Assembly (NCBI RefSeq): GCF_036365525.1
Contig: NC_090404.1
Coordinates: 27,550,149-27,614,148, forward strand
Direction: 5' to 3'
DNA length: 64,000 bases
Source: Heterodontus francisci
Lineage: Eukaryota
This document shows, in pieces, positions 36,131-48,220 of the stretch. A program made the translations under genes and the position numbers. Under the pieces are notes generated by a model. It searched no databases. It saw only the letters and a program-made list of their open reading frames with translations, and was not told where the DNA came from. Position 1 is the stretch's first letter. Each line of letters opens with the position of its first letter.

Positions 36131-38400
36131 GAGAGTCATTACAGTATAGAGGGCATCATTTGACTCATCAATTCCATGCCAGTTCTCTGTAGAGCAATCT
36201 AGTCAGTCCCATTCTCACTGCTCTATTCCTGTATTTCATTAAAGTTTGTTTTCTTCAAAGGCCTATCCAATTTTCTTTTGAAATCAATCACCCATCACCC
36301 TTGTTGGGTGTGAGTTCCAGGTCGTTACCATTGCCTGTGTAAAAAAAAGTTTTCCCTCGCACCCCATTTCTCTTGCTCAAAACTTTAAATCTGTAACCCT
36401 CTAGTCCTTTTACTATCAGTCAGTGAGAACAGCTTTTCTTTGTCTACCTTATCTAAGTCTGCCATAATTGTGTATATCTCTATCAAATTACCCCTCAATC
36501 TCTTTTGTCTAAAGGAGAAAGCTCCAGCTTCTCCAACATAAACGGGAAGCTAAATTCCCTCATCCCTGGAAGAATTGTGCCAAATCCCCTCTGCACTCAC
36601 TCAAGGTCCCTCACATTCTCCCTGAAGTATAGTGACCAGAACTGGACAGAGCTTTGTAAAGGTTCAGCATAACGTCTGGTGAATTTTCAAGCAAAAACCA
36701 AGCCAAATATAGCATTTGTGAAGGAAAGTGAAGAAGAAAATAAGACTAGCAAAGTGAGAATAGTTAACATAAAATCAAACCCAAAACTCATCAACCAGCA
36801 GATAAATAGCAGGTAGATTTCTATAATAAGGGTTTCACATTTGCCACTCTCCAATCCTCTGGCATCTTCCCCGTATCTAGTAAAGATTATGCAAAGTACT
36901 TCTGCTATATTCACTCCAACTTTCCATAGCAACTTGCATCCTGGGAAGCAAGCCATCCAGATCTGCAACGCATCCACTTTAAGCATAGCCAGTCTTATAA
37001 GTACAATCTGTCTTTCAATTTTCACCCCATCCATTAGCTCTACTATCTCCACAGGTAGTAAGAGATGATTTTTACCTAGAGAAGTAAGGCAAGGCTCGAA
37101 TACGTATTGGGCACTTTGCATCTGTATTTACTAAGGAAGAGGGTGGTGATAAAATAAGGGTAGAAGCGAAGATAGTAAAGTAAGAGTGGTTGCACCAATG
37201 ATTTATAAAGAGGCAGGATCTTTCACTTTCTCGGCACTATATTGACCTTTTCATACATGACAACATCTCATCTGCTTTGCTCATTATTGCAATAGCTTCA
37301 ATTTATTGCCAGACAGAAAGCCCAGATCTTTTTCACTTTCCATGCAAATTAATTACTTTTCATTTAAGTGATACTCTGTTCCAGGATTTCTTGCCTCAAT
37401 GTGACACACTTGGCTTTTCCTCTATATTGAATGTCACCTGTCACCTGTCTGCCCAATTTCCAAGTGCTAGATCCTCCAGAGGCTTATCCTGTTGATCTTT
37501 GCAGTCTACCATCTTCATCAGCATTGTTTCCTCTGCAAATTTAACCAGAGTTCTTGCGACTCCCGGTTTCAGATCTTTTATAAATAGCTTCCAAAAAATC
37601 GGATCAAAATAGATTTTTGTGGGACCCCACTGTTAGCATTTGCCAGTCTGATGACAATCCCTGCATCAACACCTTTTTGGCTGTATTGATCTACCAATCA
37701 CGACTCGCTTGCAAAGTATTTCTACTGATTCCTACTGTGTTTCTTTTCATTTCCACCCAAAGGCCTACAGAAATGCAAGTGCATCACATCCACTGGCTTA
37801 CCCCAATCAAGCTCCTTCGTCACATGCTCGAAGTAAATTAGTGAACGAAGTAAGCAAGGCTTTCTCTTCATGAACACATGTTGTCTATAATTTAAGGTTA
37901 TAATTCTATCCAGATGTTCCATAATTTTTACTTTAATCAGGGTTTCCACAAGCTTTCCCACAATGGGCATCTAATTCACTGGTACGTAGTCTCCTTGTCA
38001 CTTTTGCTAGCTTCTTTTTTCAACATTGGCGCTGAATCTGTCTTTCTCTGGTCCCCAGTCACCTCCCCAGTATTCAACAATTTCTCAAAGATTTATGACC
38101 CAGGTCTGGCTATTATCTCCCTTATTTGCATTAAGCTTATCGAATGCATCTTATCTGGGCCTATGATTGATTCATCTAATGTTTTCCAGCTGTTCTTTAA
38201 CCATGCTGGAGCAACTTACCTCTGAAACACCCTCTAGTTACCATTTCCAGATCAAATCTATCTATTACCTGTTCCCTCTTTTGTAGAAACTGAAGGAAAA
38301 TACTTATTTAACGCTTTGCAGTCTGACTCTCATCTTTTGACATAGCCTCCGCCGATCACATTTTCAGTGGCCATACTCGATTCATGGTTTTACTTTTTTT
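36130..38400 (-). mobile_element. Cluster of old CR1 fragments (3' end, an oppositely oriented ORF2 piece at ~36690-37170, RT piece)
   Basis: IVGKLVETLIK...QHVFMKRKPCL...GKPVDVMHLHF; CR1 3' UTR at 36140. Confidence 0.7.
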
Positions 38401-38551
38401 CTCTCTCTTAATTTAACTAAAGAAAACGGAGGTTCTACTCTCCTGTCATATTCAACGTGATTTTTTTCATTGCTACCTTTATGTCCGTTTCACACTCCAA
38501 GCATGGCTTTTTGTATTGAATTCACCTGCAACACTCACTGTGCCGCCCAAA

Positions 38552-38561
38552 AGTGACGTCA
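38552..38561 (+). promoter_or_regulatory. CRE / TCR V-promoter decamer-like motif AGTGACGTCA
   Basis: Palindromic TGACGTCA ~90 nt upstream of a candidate leader donor site (ag|gtaaaag at ~38650) and ~700 nt upstream of the V exon. Confidence 0.4.
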
Positions 38562-38974
38562 GAAAACTTAGATGGAGGGCTTCCTGTTTCTTCATCTCCA
38601 GTCCTAGTATTAGATCCATCTTAATTCTGTGTCATTTTCCTTCCTGTAGGTAAAAGCTTTATTACTTTCAGTAAACTCCTGGCTTTCAGGGTCATGGTAG
38701 CCCTTAATTCTTCTCAGTACATCAAGGTGCAGTCACTAGGGTGGGGTATTTATGTTGGTGGAAACAAAAAATCATTATTAATGTCAGATAATTATATAAT
38801 TGACTGTAAATTGTAAAACACCCTTTGACTTATATTGTAAGTTCATTAAATGCTTACATTAAATTCAGACAATATAAGATTTATTACAATTTGTGTTAGC
38901 AACAGTGGAGAAACCTGTCAATATAAAGGAAGAGGGGTAGAGTAATTGGATAGGATAAAAATAACTTGCAGCAA

Positions 38975-39258
38975 GGGCTGTTCATTTTACAGTCAATTGA
39001 CACCCTCTCTGTACTAATACTTTGTCTTTCACCACACCATTAACATACCGTTTGCCTTTGTTCCATGACCTTGTCCTATCAACACCTTCTCTTTTGTTAT
39101 CTCTTGTCCCACCTCCTCTTTACTTGCTTAAAACATTTTACATCTCTAATATTTGTCAGTTCTGATGAAGGGTCATTGACCTGAAACGTTAACTCCGCTT
39201 CTCTCTGCACGGATGATGCCAGATCTGCTGAGTATTACCAGCATTTCTTGTTTTAATT
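38975..39258 (+). mobile_element. Penelope terminal repeat fragment replacing the 5' part of the V exon
   Basis: Homologous to 26680-27000 and to the reverse complement of 57230-57530. Confidence 0.8.
39158..39194 (+). ncRNA. Minimal type I hammerhead ribozyme motif (Penelope-associated)
   Basis: Stem I agtt/aact; core CUGAUGA; stem II gggtc-att-gacct; GAAAC-GUU with palindromic stem III (aacgtt). Confidence 0.7.
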
Positions 39259-39493
39259 ACAACTTTAGACTGCATCTATTTCACTACCAAGAGTTCCTAC
39301 TGTGGGTCCGGCAATATGCCGACGCAGAACCAGAGATTCTACTTCGCGAGTTTTCAGGTGGTTACCAAATTAAAGCAGATTTTGATCGAAGCCATTTTTC
39401 CTCTGCCCTGGGCACCTCGAATGCCATATTCACCTTAACAGTGTCCAAACTGCGACCCGTTGACGCGGCCAGGTATTACTGTGCATTGAGTCT
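39259..39493 (+). pseudogene. T-cell receptor alpha/delta-type variable (V) gene segment, truncated and frameshifted
   Basis: TLDC(1st Cys, 39271)IYFTTKSSY / frameshift / LW(39303)VRQYADAEPEILL...FTLTVSKLRPVDAARYYC(39480)ALS, directly followed by an RSS. Confidence 0.85.
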
Positions 39494-39532
39494 CACAGCG
39501 GGAGAAACCACTTAGACCCTCGTACAATAACC
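39494..39532 (+). other. V(D)J recombination signal sequence, 23-bp spacer
   Basis: Heptamer CACAGCG (39494-39500), exactly 23-nt spacer, nonamer ACAATAACC (39524-39532); one mismatch each to CACAGTG and ACAAAAACC. Confidence 0.9.
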
Positions 39533-40111
39533 AGCTGAGCCTTTGTGCTCTGGAGATAATCTCTATTTGGGGCTGTGCAGGCTCGCACTGAGATGAAACA
39601 ATACATAGCATACAGTGTGTTGTGAGGGTCACAGGAAAAAAAAGATACAATACTTCTATAGAAACATTTTTACTTCAAATCGCCTCAGAATCCCCAGCTA
39701 CCCACCAGTGGCTTCCAACAGTGAGTAGTGGAAAAGACTGAGTTTGATTTCTTTTCCAGTAGGCAATGCAAACGTGGAATCAATATTTTTTGTGCCATAT
39801 TGCTAGCGAAACAGTACAAAATTCTTAATGCAAGGAAGCGATACATTCTATATTAAATTCGTCTTTTTATTAATATTTACCTTTTGTCTATTCAGTGATT
39901 TCCGTCAACACCCTGAAGCTTGCCAGCTTAAATTGAAAGGAATTCCAGGCAGAGACAGATTTTGCTGATAAGGAAGTTCAGCAGAATAAAAAGCAGATTT
40001 TCTTCTTTTTTGAAGGCTACTTCATGCAGCATCGATCTTTCAGCAGTTAGCTAGGCGACATTTCAATGGACATGTGTAGACCTTCAGGTCAATAAGTTAT
40101 AACTTGAAACA

Positions 40112-40131
40112 GTGTCTCCTCCTGTTGGCCG
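40112..40131 (-). promoter_or_regulatory. Possible CTCF-binding motif
   Basis: Minus strand cggccaacaggaggagacac resembles tggccaccagggggcgcta; judged by eye only. Confidence 0.3.
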
Positions 40132-40349
40132 CTGCTGGTCTCTGTAACTGCCTCAAGTTAAATGAGTTGATTAACAGTTCAGTGACTGCTCGGAAAGTGA
40201 CCTTTGTTAAAACAGAAACTTTTATGGCTAAATGGGCCAAGGTAATACCACGGAACCTGTGACATGTAGCAGGATGAAAAGAAATGTTTGAAGAGTAGAT
40301 GTTAGGACGGGTAGCTTAGAATTCGAGGAAGACAGAGTAGATAGAATCC

Positions 40350-43300
40350 AAACCATTCAGAAGACAGATCAGGCAGAAGCCGGATCAGTCAGAAAGCGGA
40401 TCACACAGAAGCTGAAACTGTTAGAAGTCAAAGCAGTCAGAAACTGAATCAGATAGAAACGAAATCAGACAGAAGCCGGATCAGACAGAATCTGTATCAG
40501 TCATAAGCCGGATCAGTCAGAATCTGGATCAGACAGATCTGTAACAGTCAAAAGCCGGATCAGACAGAAGTCAGATCAGATAGAAGCTGGATCAGACAGA
40601 TCTGTAACAGTCAGAAGCTGGATCAGTCAGAAGCCGGATCAGACAGAAGCTGGATCAGACAGAAACCGGATCAGTCAGAAGCTGGATCAGTCAGACGCCG
40701 GATCAGTCAGAAGCTGGATCTGTCAGAATCTGGATCAGTCAAAATCTGGATCAGACAGAAACCAGATCAGCCAGAATCCAGATCAGTCAGAAGGTGGATC
40801 AATCAGAGGCTGGATCAGTCATAATCCAGATCAGTCAAAATCCGGATCAGACAGAAACCGGTTCAGTCAGAATCTGGATCCCACAAAATCTGTATCAGTC
40901 ATAAGCTGAATCAGTCAGAAACTAGATCAGTCAGAAGCCAGATCAATCAGAAGCTGGATCAGTCAGAATTCCATCAGGCAAAATCCGGATCAGTCAGAAG
41001 CTGGATCAATCAGTGGCTGGATCAGTCAAAATCTGGATCAATCAGAAGCTGGATCAATCAGAAACTGGATCAGTCAGAAGCCAGATCAATCAGAGGCTGG
41101 ATCAGTCAGAATCTGGATCAGTCAGAATTCCATCAGGCAAAATCCGGATCAGTCAGAAGCCAGATCAATCAGTGGCTGGATCAGTCAAAATCTGGATCAA
41201 TCAGAGGCTGGATCAGTCAGAATCTGGATCAGTCATAAGCCGGATCAGTCAGAATCTGGATCAGACAGATCTGTAACAGTCAAAAGCCGGATCAGACAGA
41301 AGTCAGATCAGATAGAAGCCGGATCAGACAGATCTGTAACAGTCAGAAGCCGGATCAGTCAGAAGCCAGATCAGACAGAAGCTGGATCAGACAGAAACCG
41401 GATCAGTCAGAAGCTGGATCAGTCAGACGCCGGATCAGTCAGAAGCTGGATCTGTCAGAATCTGGATCAGTCAAAATCTGGATCAGACAGAAACCGGATC
41501 AGTCAGAATCCAGATCAGTCAGAAGGTGGATCAATCAGAGGCTGGATCAGTCATAATCCAGATCAGTCAAAATCCGGAACAGACAGAAACCGGTTCAGTC
41601 AGAATCTGTATCCGACAAAATCTGTATCAGTCATAAGCTGAATCAGTCAGAAACTAGATCAGTCAGAAGCCAGATCAATCAGAAGCTGGATCAGTCAGAA
41701 TTCCATCAGGTAAAATCCGGATCAGTCAGAAGCTGGATCAATCAGTGGCTGGATCAGTCAAAATCTGGATCAATCAGAAGCTGGATCAATCAGAGGCTGG
41801 ATCAATCAGAGGCTGGATCAGTCAGAATCCAGATCAGTCAAACTCTGGATCAATCAGAACCTGGATCAATCAGAAACTGGATCAGTCAGAAGCCGGATCA
41901 ATCAGAACCTGGATCAATCAGAAACTGGATCAGTCAGAAGCCGGATCAATCAGAACCTGGATCAATCAGAAACTGGATCAGTCAGAAGCCGGATCAATCA
42001 GAGGCTGGATCAGTCAGAAGCCAGATCAATCAGAGGCTGGATCAGTCAGAATCTGGATCAGTCAGAATTCCATCAGGCAAAATCCGGATCAGTCAGAAGC
42101 CAGATCAATCAGTGGCTGGATCAGTCAAAATCTGGATCAATCAGAGGCTGGATCAGTCAGAATCTGGATCAGACAGATCTGTAAAAGTCAAAAGCCGGAT
42201 CAGACAGAAGTCAGATCAGATAGAAGCTGGATCAGACAGATCTGTAACAGTCAGAAGCCGGATCAGTCAGAAGCCGGATCAGACAGAAGCTGGATCAGAC
42301 AGAAACCGGATCAGTCAGAAGCCGGATCAGTCAGACGCCGGATCAGTCAGAAGCTGGATCTGTCAGAATCTGGATCAGTCAAAATCTGGATCAGACAGAA
42401 ACCGGATCAGTCAGAATCCAGATCAGTCAGAAGGTGGATCAATCAGAGGCTGGATCAGTCATAATCCAGATCAGTCAAAATCCGGATCAGACAGAAACCG
42501 GTTCAGTCAGAATCTGGATCCGACAAAATCTGTATCAGTCATAAGCTGAATCAGTCAGAAACTAGATCAGTCAGAAGCCAGATCAGTCAGAAGCTGGATC
42601 AATCAGAAACTGGATCAGTCAGAGGCCAGATCAATCAGAGGCTGGATCAGTCAGAATCTGGATCAGTCAGAATCTGGATCAGTCAGAATCCAGATCAGTC
42701 AAACTCTGGATCAATCAGAACCTGGATCAATCAGAAGCTGGATCAGTCAGAATTCCATCAGGCAAAATCCGGATCAGTCAGAAGCTGGATCAATCAGAGG
42801 CTGGATCAGTCAGAAGCCAGATCAATCAGAGGCTGGATCAGTCAGAATCTGGATCAGTCAGAATTCCATCAGGCAAAATCCGGATCAGTCAGAAGCTGGA
42901 TCAATCAGAGGCTGGATCAGTCAGAAGCCAGATCAATCAGAGGCTGGATCAGTCAGAATCTGGATCAGTCAGAATTCCATCAGGCAAAATCCGGATCAGT
43001 CAGAAGCCAGATCAATCAGTGGCTGGATCAGTCAAAATCTGGATCAATCAGAGGCTGGATCAGTCAGAATCTGGATCAGTCAAACTCTGGATCAATCAGA
43101 ATCTGGATCAATCAGAAACTGGATCAGTCCGAAGCTGGATCAATCAGAGGCTGGATCAGTCAGAATCTGGATCAGTCACAATCCGGACCAATCAGGAGCT
43201 GGATCAATCAGAAACTGGATCAGTCAGAAGCCAGATCAATCAGAGGCTGGATCAGTCAGAATCTGGATCAGTCAGAATCCGGATCAGTCAGAATTCGGAT

Positions 43301-43930
43301 CAGTCAAAATCTGGATCAATCAGAAACTGGATCAGTCAGAAGCCGAATCAATCAGAGGCTGGATCAGTCCGAATCCGGATCAGTCAAAATCCGGATCAGT
43401 CAGAAACGAGATCAGACAGAAGCCAGATCAGTCAGAAGCCAGATCAGAAAGAAGCTGGATCAGACAGAAACCAGATCAGTCAGAAGCCGGATCAATCAGA
43501 AACCAGATCAGTCAGAAGCTGGATCGGACAGAGGCTGGAACAGTCAGAATACAGATCAGTCAGAAGCCGGATCAATCAGAAACTGTATCAGTCAGAAGCT
43601 GGATCAGACAAGAAACCAGATCAGTCAGAAGCCGAATCAATCAGAAGCTGGAACAGTCAGAATCCAGATCAGTCAGAAGCCGGATCAGTCAGAATCCAGA
43701 TCAGTCAGAAGCCGGATCAATCAGAAGCCAGATCAGTCAGAATCCGGATCAGTCAGAAGCCAGATCAGTCAGAATCCGGATCGGTCAGAAGCCAGATCAG
43801 TCAGAATCCGGATCAGTCAGAAACCAGATCAGACAGCAGCTGAATCAATCAGAAGCCGAATCAAACAGAAACTGGATCGGAAGAAGCAGGATCAGTCAGA
43901 AGCCGGATCAGTCAAAATCTGGGTCAGACA
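40350..43930 (+). repeat. 16-bp satellite (GGATCAGTCAGAAGCY), ~220 units, with higher-order blocks
   Basis: Continuous tandem array; a diagnostic variant block (agatctgtaa.agtcaaaagccgg) recurs at ~40541, 41273 and 42181. Confidence 0.95.
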
Positions 43931-44694
43931 TTCCTCAAACACGAGGCCTGTTACAGGTGAATTCCTCAGTAACTCTGAGGAATTTCTGAAATGTAGAATA
44001 TATATAAAGCCCTTGTGCAACTTTAAACTTTGAAAGCATTGAATCTATAGATGATTGAGCAGACTGTAAATGGCATATGGATGCATAATTTATAAGTTGT
44101 TTTGATGTTAATGCTAGTTATATTGTTAATGCTGTGTTATTGTTCATGAAAGCACTCAGCAGAAACTGGAGAATATTTTCCACAAGTTGGAAAATAAGAT
44201 TTTTTTTTATTACTATGAAGAATGACCGATCCAACATGCCCAAGACCTCAAAGCATTGATTAGTGTCCTTCCCTATGCTTTAGCTTCTCACCTTCTACAA
44301 AGCATCCCTGTTCAGCTGAACTGAAAGCTTTTTTTTAACTCATCATGTGCTGATCCCACAAACAATGAACGACATTGAGATACATGGGTTGTATTGTCCC
44401 ACCACTGTTCTGCCATTTCCTTTTCGATTTAATTTTCGTACTGTTTCTTTGCACGTGTTATTATTTTTTTCACACTCCTCTGTACTTTTTATATTCAGCC
44501 TGATTCTCCCTCGTATTCTCCCTTTAACTGTTTCATCCTGCTTTCTAACACCTTCGTCTTCCAGGGAGCTCTGACTTTGTTTTTCCTTCCTTCCCCCTTG
44601 TAAAAATATACCTCGACTGGGCCTGAACTAGCTCTTCTTTAATGCCATCATTTCTTTAATACATTTCTGGCTGCCAGTCTTTCACTCCAATTTA

Positions 44695-45590
44695 TCATAG
44701 GAACATAGGAAGTAGGAGTAGGCCATATGGCCCCTGGAGCCAGCTCCGCCATGTAGCTATTAGCTATGGCTGATCTTGTTTTTCAACATCTTTTTCCAGC
44801 ACTATTTTCATATCCTTTGATATCTTTAATATCCTGGAATCTATCAATCTCTGGTCTGAACATACTCAATGACTGAGTCTCCACAGCCCTCTAGAGTACA
44901 GAATTTCTAATATTCGCTATCCTCTGAGTGAATACATTCCTCCTCATCTCAGTCCTAAATGGCCTATCTTTTATTCTCAGAATGTCTCCCCTGGTTCTAG
45001 ACTCCCCCAGACTGGGAAACATCCTTCCTGTATCAATCCTGTCAAGCCCTCAAAGAATTATGCAAGTTTCTGTGAGAGCACCGCTAATTCTTCTAAACTC
45101 TGGAGAATACAGGCTCAGCCTCCTCAATTTCTCATCATCGGACAATCCCGTCATCCCTGGAATCAGTCTGGTGAACTTCATTGCCCTCGCACTATACAAG
45201 TGTACCCTTCCTTCGGAAAGGAGACCAAAACACAATATCCAGATGCAGTCTCACCACGGTTTTATACCACTGCTGCAACACGTCTTTACTCCTGTTCTCA
45301 AGTCTTCTTGCAATAAAGGCCAACGTATCATTTACCTTTCCAATTGCTTGTTGCACCGGCATGTTAGCTTTCCGTGACTCGTGAACAAGGGCATCCAGTT
45401 AATTTTGGAAATCAATCCCAATCTCTCACCATTTAAGATAAACTCTGCATTCCGTTTTATTCCTACGAAAGTGGATAACTTCAGATTTTTCCACATTATA
45501 TTCCATCTGCCATACTCTTGCCCACTCGCTTAGCTTGTCTAAAGCCCATTGAAGCCTTTTTGTGTACTCCTCACAACTCGCATTACCACA
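44695..45590 (-). mobile_element. CR1 LINE 3' fragment
   Basis: LQWALDKLSEWARVWQMEYNVEKSEVIHF; FTRLIPGM; cataggaacatagga tail. Confidence 0.85.
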
Positions 45591-46059
45591 AAGAATAATA
45601 ATGGTTTGATTCAATAGCATTGATGAGACGTGGTTGCATGGTGACCAAGGTTGGAAATGCAATATTCCAGGATACTTGACATTCGCAAATACAGACCAAA
45701 TGAAAAAATGAGATAGGTAACCCTGATAATAAAGGATCGCATAAGGGCAGTAATAAGGAAGGATCTTGGCTTGAAAGAGCAGGAAATAAAATCAGTATGA
45801 GTCGAGATACGAAATAGCAAGGAGGGGTTATGACATGTGAGAGCAGTTTATAGGCCTCCTAATAGGAGCTATACTGTTATATATGGTGATAATCAAAGGC
45901 AATTAGGATGGACAACAAAGACCAGGATCTGGTAACAAAAGTTGACTTTCAATGGCCGAAACTGAACTGGACCAGCCATATAAATACTGTGGCTCCAACA
46001 GCAGGTCAGAAGCTGGTAATTCTGCGACGTGTAACTCATCTCCTAACTTACCAAAGCCT

Positions 46060-46500
46060 GTCCACACCGAATGCAACCTCACTTTTCGACACTGACAATT
46101 AACGTGCACAACTGGACCTGTGCACATGGAATGTAATCCAGCTGAAACTAGCAACACCGAGAATAACTGTGCTGAACATAAACACGTGTACCCTCAATGT
46201 AATCAGGCTGAACTAAACCTATGCACACACATTGTGACCGTGCTGAACTTGCCCTCTGCACACTGCATATAACCGTGCCGACCTCGAACAGCTCACACTA
46301 AATGGAAATAGTCAACTGGACATGTCTCCACCGTATATAACCGTACTGAACTTGACCATCAATACTGAACGCAACCATGCTGAACTGGACGTTTCAACAC
46401 AAAACATAAACTGCACAATTGCATCTATGCACTGAAAGTACCGTGATGACCTAGACCAGTCCACACTGAATGCAGCAAGCTGTTTTGAAGTGGGTGCACA
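46060..46500 (+). repeat. ~35-bp minisatellite upstream of GPCR copy C
   Basis: Same unit as 6261-7330. Confidence 0.75.
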
Positions 46501-46589
46501 ATCTCAGAGGGATTTGGAATCAGGTGCACATGACCCAGACTGGAGCTGAATAGTGATCAGGAGCATGAACTTGGCTGCTGTTGCTTTCA

Positions 46590-47766
46590 TAAGATCATAA
46601 GATCTCGGAGCAGGAGTAGGCCGTCCGGCCCCTCGAGCCTGCTCCACCATTCAATAAGATCATGGCTGATCTTTTCATGGACTCAGATCCACTTACCCGC
46701 ACTCCCACCGTATCCCTTAATTCCTTTATTGTTCAAAAAGATATCTACCTTAGCTTTAAAGACGTTTACTGAAGAAGCATCAACTACTTCACTGGGCAAG
46801 GAATTCCATAGATTAACAACCCTCTGGGTGAAGAAGTTCCTGCTTAATTCAGTCCTAAATCTGCTCCCTCTAATCTTGAGGCTATGCCCTCTTGTCCTAG
46901 CTTCACCTGCCAGTGGAAACATCCTCTCTACTTGTATCTTATCTATTCCCTTCATGATTTTCTATGTTTCTATAAGATCCCCCCTCATTCTTCTGAACTC
47001 CAATGAATATCATCCCAATCTACTCAGTCTCTCCTCATAAACCAAAAACCTCAACTCCGGAATCAACCTAGTGAACCTCCTCTGCACCCTCTCCAGTGCC
47101 AGTATATCCTTTCTCAAGTAAGGAGACCAAAACTGCACACAGTACTCCAGGTGCGGCCTCACCAGTACCTTATACAGCTGCAACATAACCTCTCTGCTTT
47201 TAAACTCAATCCCTTTAGCAATGAAGGACAAAATTCCATTTGCCTTCCTAATTACTTGCTGTACCTGCAAACCAACCTATTGCGATTCATGCACAAGGGC
47301 ACCTAGGTCCCTCTGCATAGCAGCATGCTGCAACTTTTCACCATTCAAGTAATAATCCTTTTTACTGTTACTCCTACCGAAATGAATGACTTCACATTTA
47401 TTAACATTGTATTCCATCTGCCAGACCTTTGCCCACTCACTCAATGTATCTATGTTCCTCTGCAAAGTTTCACAGTCATCTGCACACTTTGCTCTGCCAC
47501 TCATCTTAGTGTCATCTGCAAACTTTGACACCCTACACGTGGTCCCCAACTCCAAATCATCTATATAAGTTGTAAATAATTGCGGTCCCAGCACCGATCC
47601 CTGAGGCACACCACTAGTGACTGATTGCTACCCGGAATAGCACTCATTTATCCCCACTCTCTGCTTCCTGTTAGTCAACCAATCCTCTATCCATGCTAAT
47701 ACTTTACCCCTAACTCCATGCATCCTTATCTTATGCAGCAGCCTCTTGTGCAGCACCTTGTCGAAG
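46590..47766 (-). mobile_element. 5'-truncated CR1 LINE with 7-bp TSD
   Basis: PQGSVLGP, KFADDTK, LVRPHLEYC; gctttca at 46583-46589 and 47767-47773; absent at the equivalent site in copies A and B. Confidence 0.9.
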
Positions 47767-48038
47767 GCTTTCAGGACCTGAATATTCCTGGTCAGTTAGA
47801 CCATGTTCTCTGAGAGCACTTAACTCAGCATTAATCCTGGGAAAAACTGGTATAGGGTTCACTTTCACCATTGAAACCACTTATTAAACTTTTCATTCTC
47901 ATAACTGTAACTAGGATCTATTGTAATATCCACGTATTTCACTTTAGAGCCGTTTCAGATCACTTGAAAAACATTCCATTCCATCAAAACAAAAACATGA
48001 GTCCGGTGGCTGCACTAATCTGTTTGTTTCAATTCGTG

Positions 48039-48081
48039 TAATTAATGTAAAACATGAAACTCTCCAGTTATCCCCCTAGAG
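48039..48081 (+). promoter_or_regulatory. Putative homeodomain + O/E module, GPCR copy C (variant)
   Basis: TAATTA at 48039-48044; CAGTTAtcCCCCTAGAG at 48065-48081. Confidence 0.35.
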
Positions 48082-48150
48082 ACTGATATCAGGTATAAAT
48101 ATGAAAAGCTTTGAATGCAGTTCGGAGCGTGTTCAGAGCTTCTGACAGAA

Positions 48151-48220
48151 ATGCACGGGTCAGCAAAAGGTCTGTTGTTTGCCATTTACTATCCCGTCCT
48201 TGCAGCTATCGGGATTCCAG
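48151..48220 (+). CDS. GPR139-like class A GPCR copy C, coding exon 1 (MHGSAKGLLFAIYYPVLAAIGIP)
   Basis: ATG, 70 nt, CCAG|gtaaaa donor, phase 1. Confidence 0.85.

Noticed and set aside
41013-43843. Long repetitive ORFs (SQKPDQSEAGSVR...)
   Set aside because: By-products of a 16-bp satellite that lacks stops on this strand; several frames are open, starts are non-ATG, and there are no gene signals.
40350-43930. CRISPR-like array
   Set aside because: No unique spacers, eukaryotic context, no cas genes.
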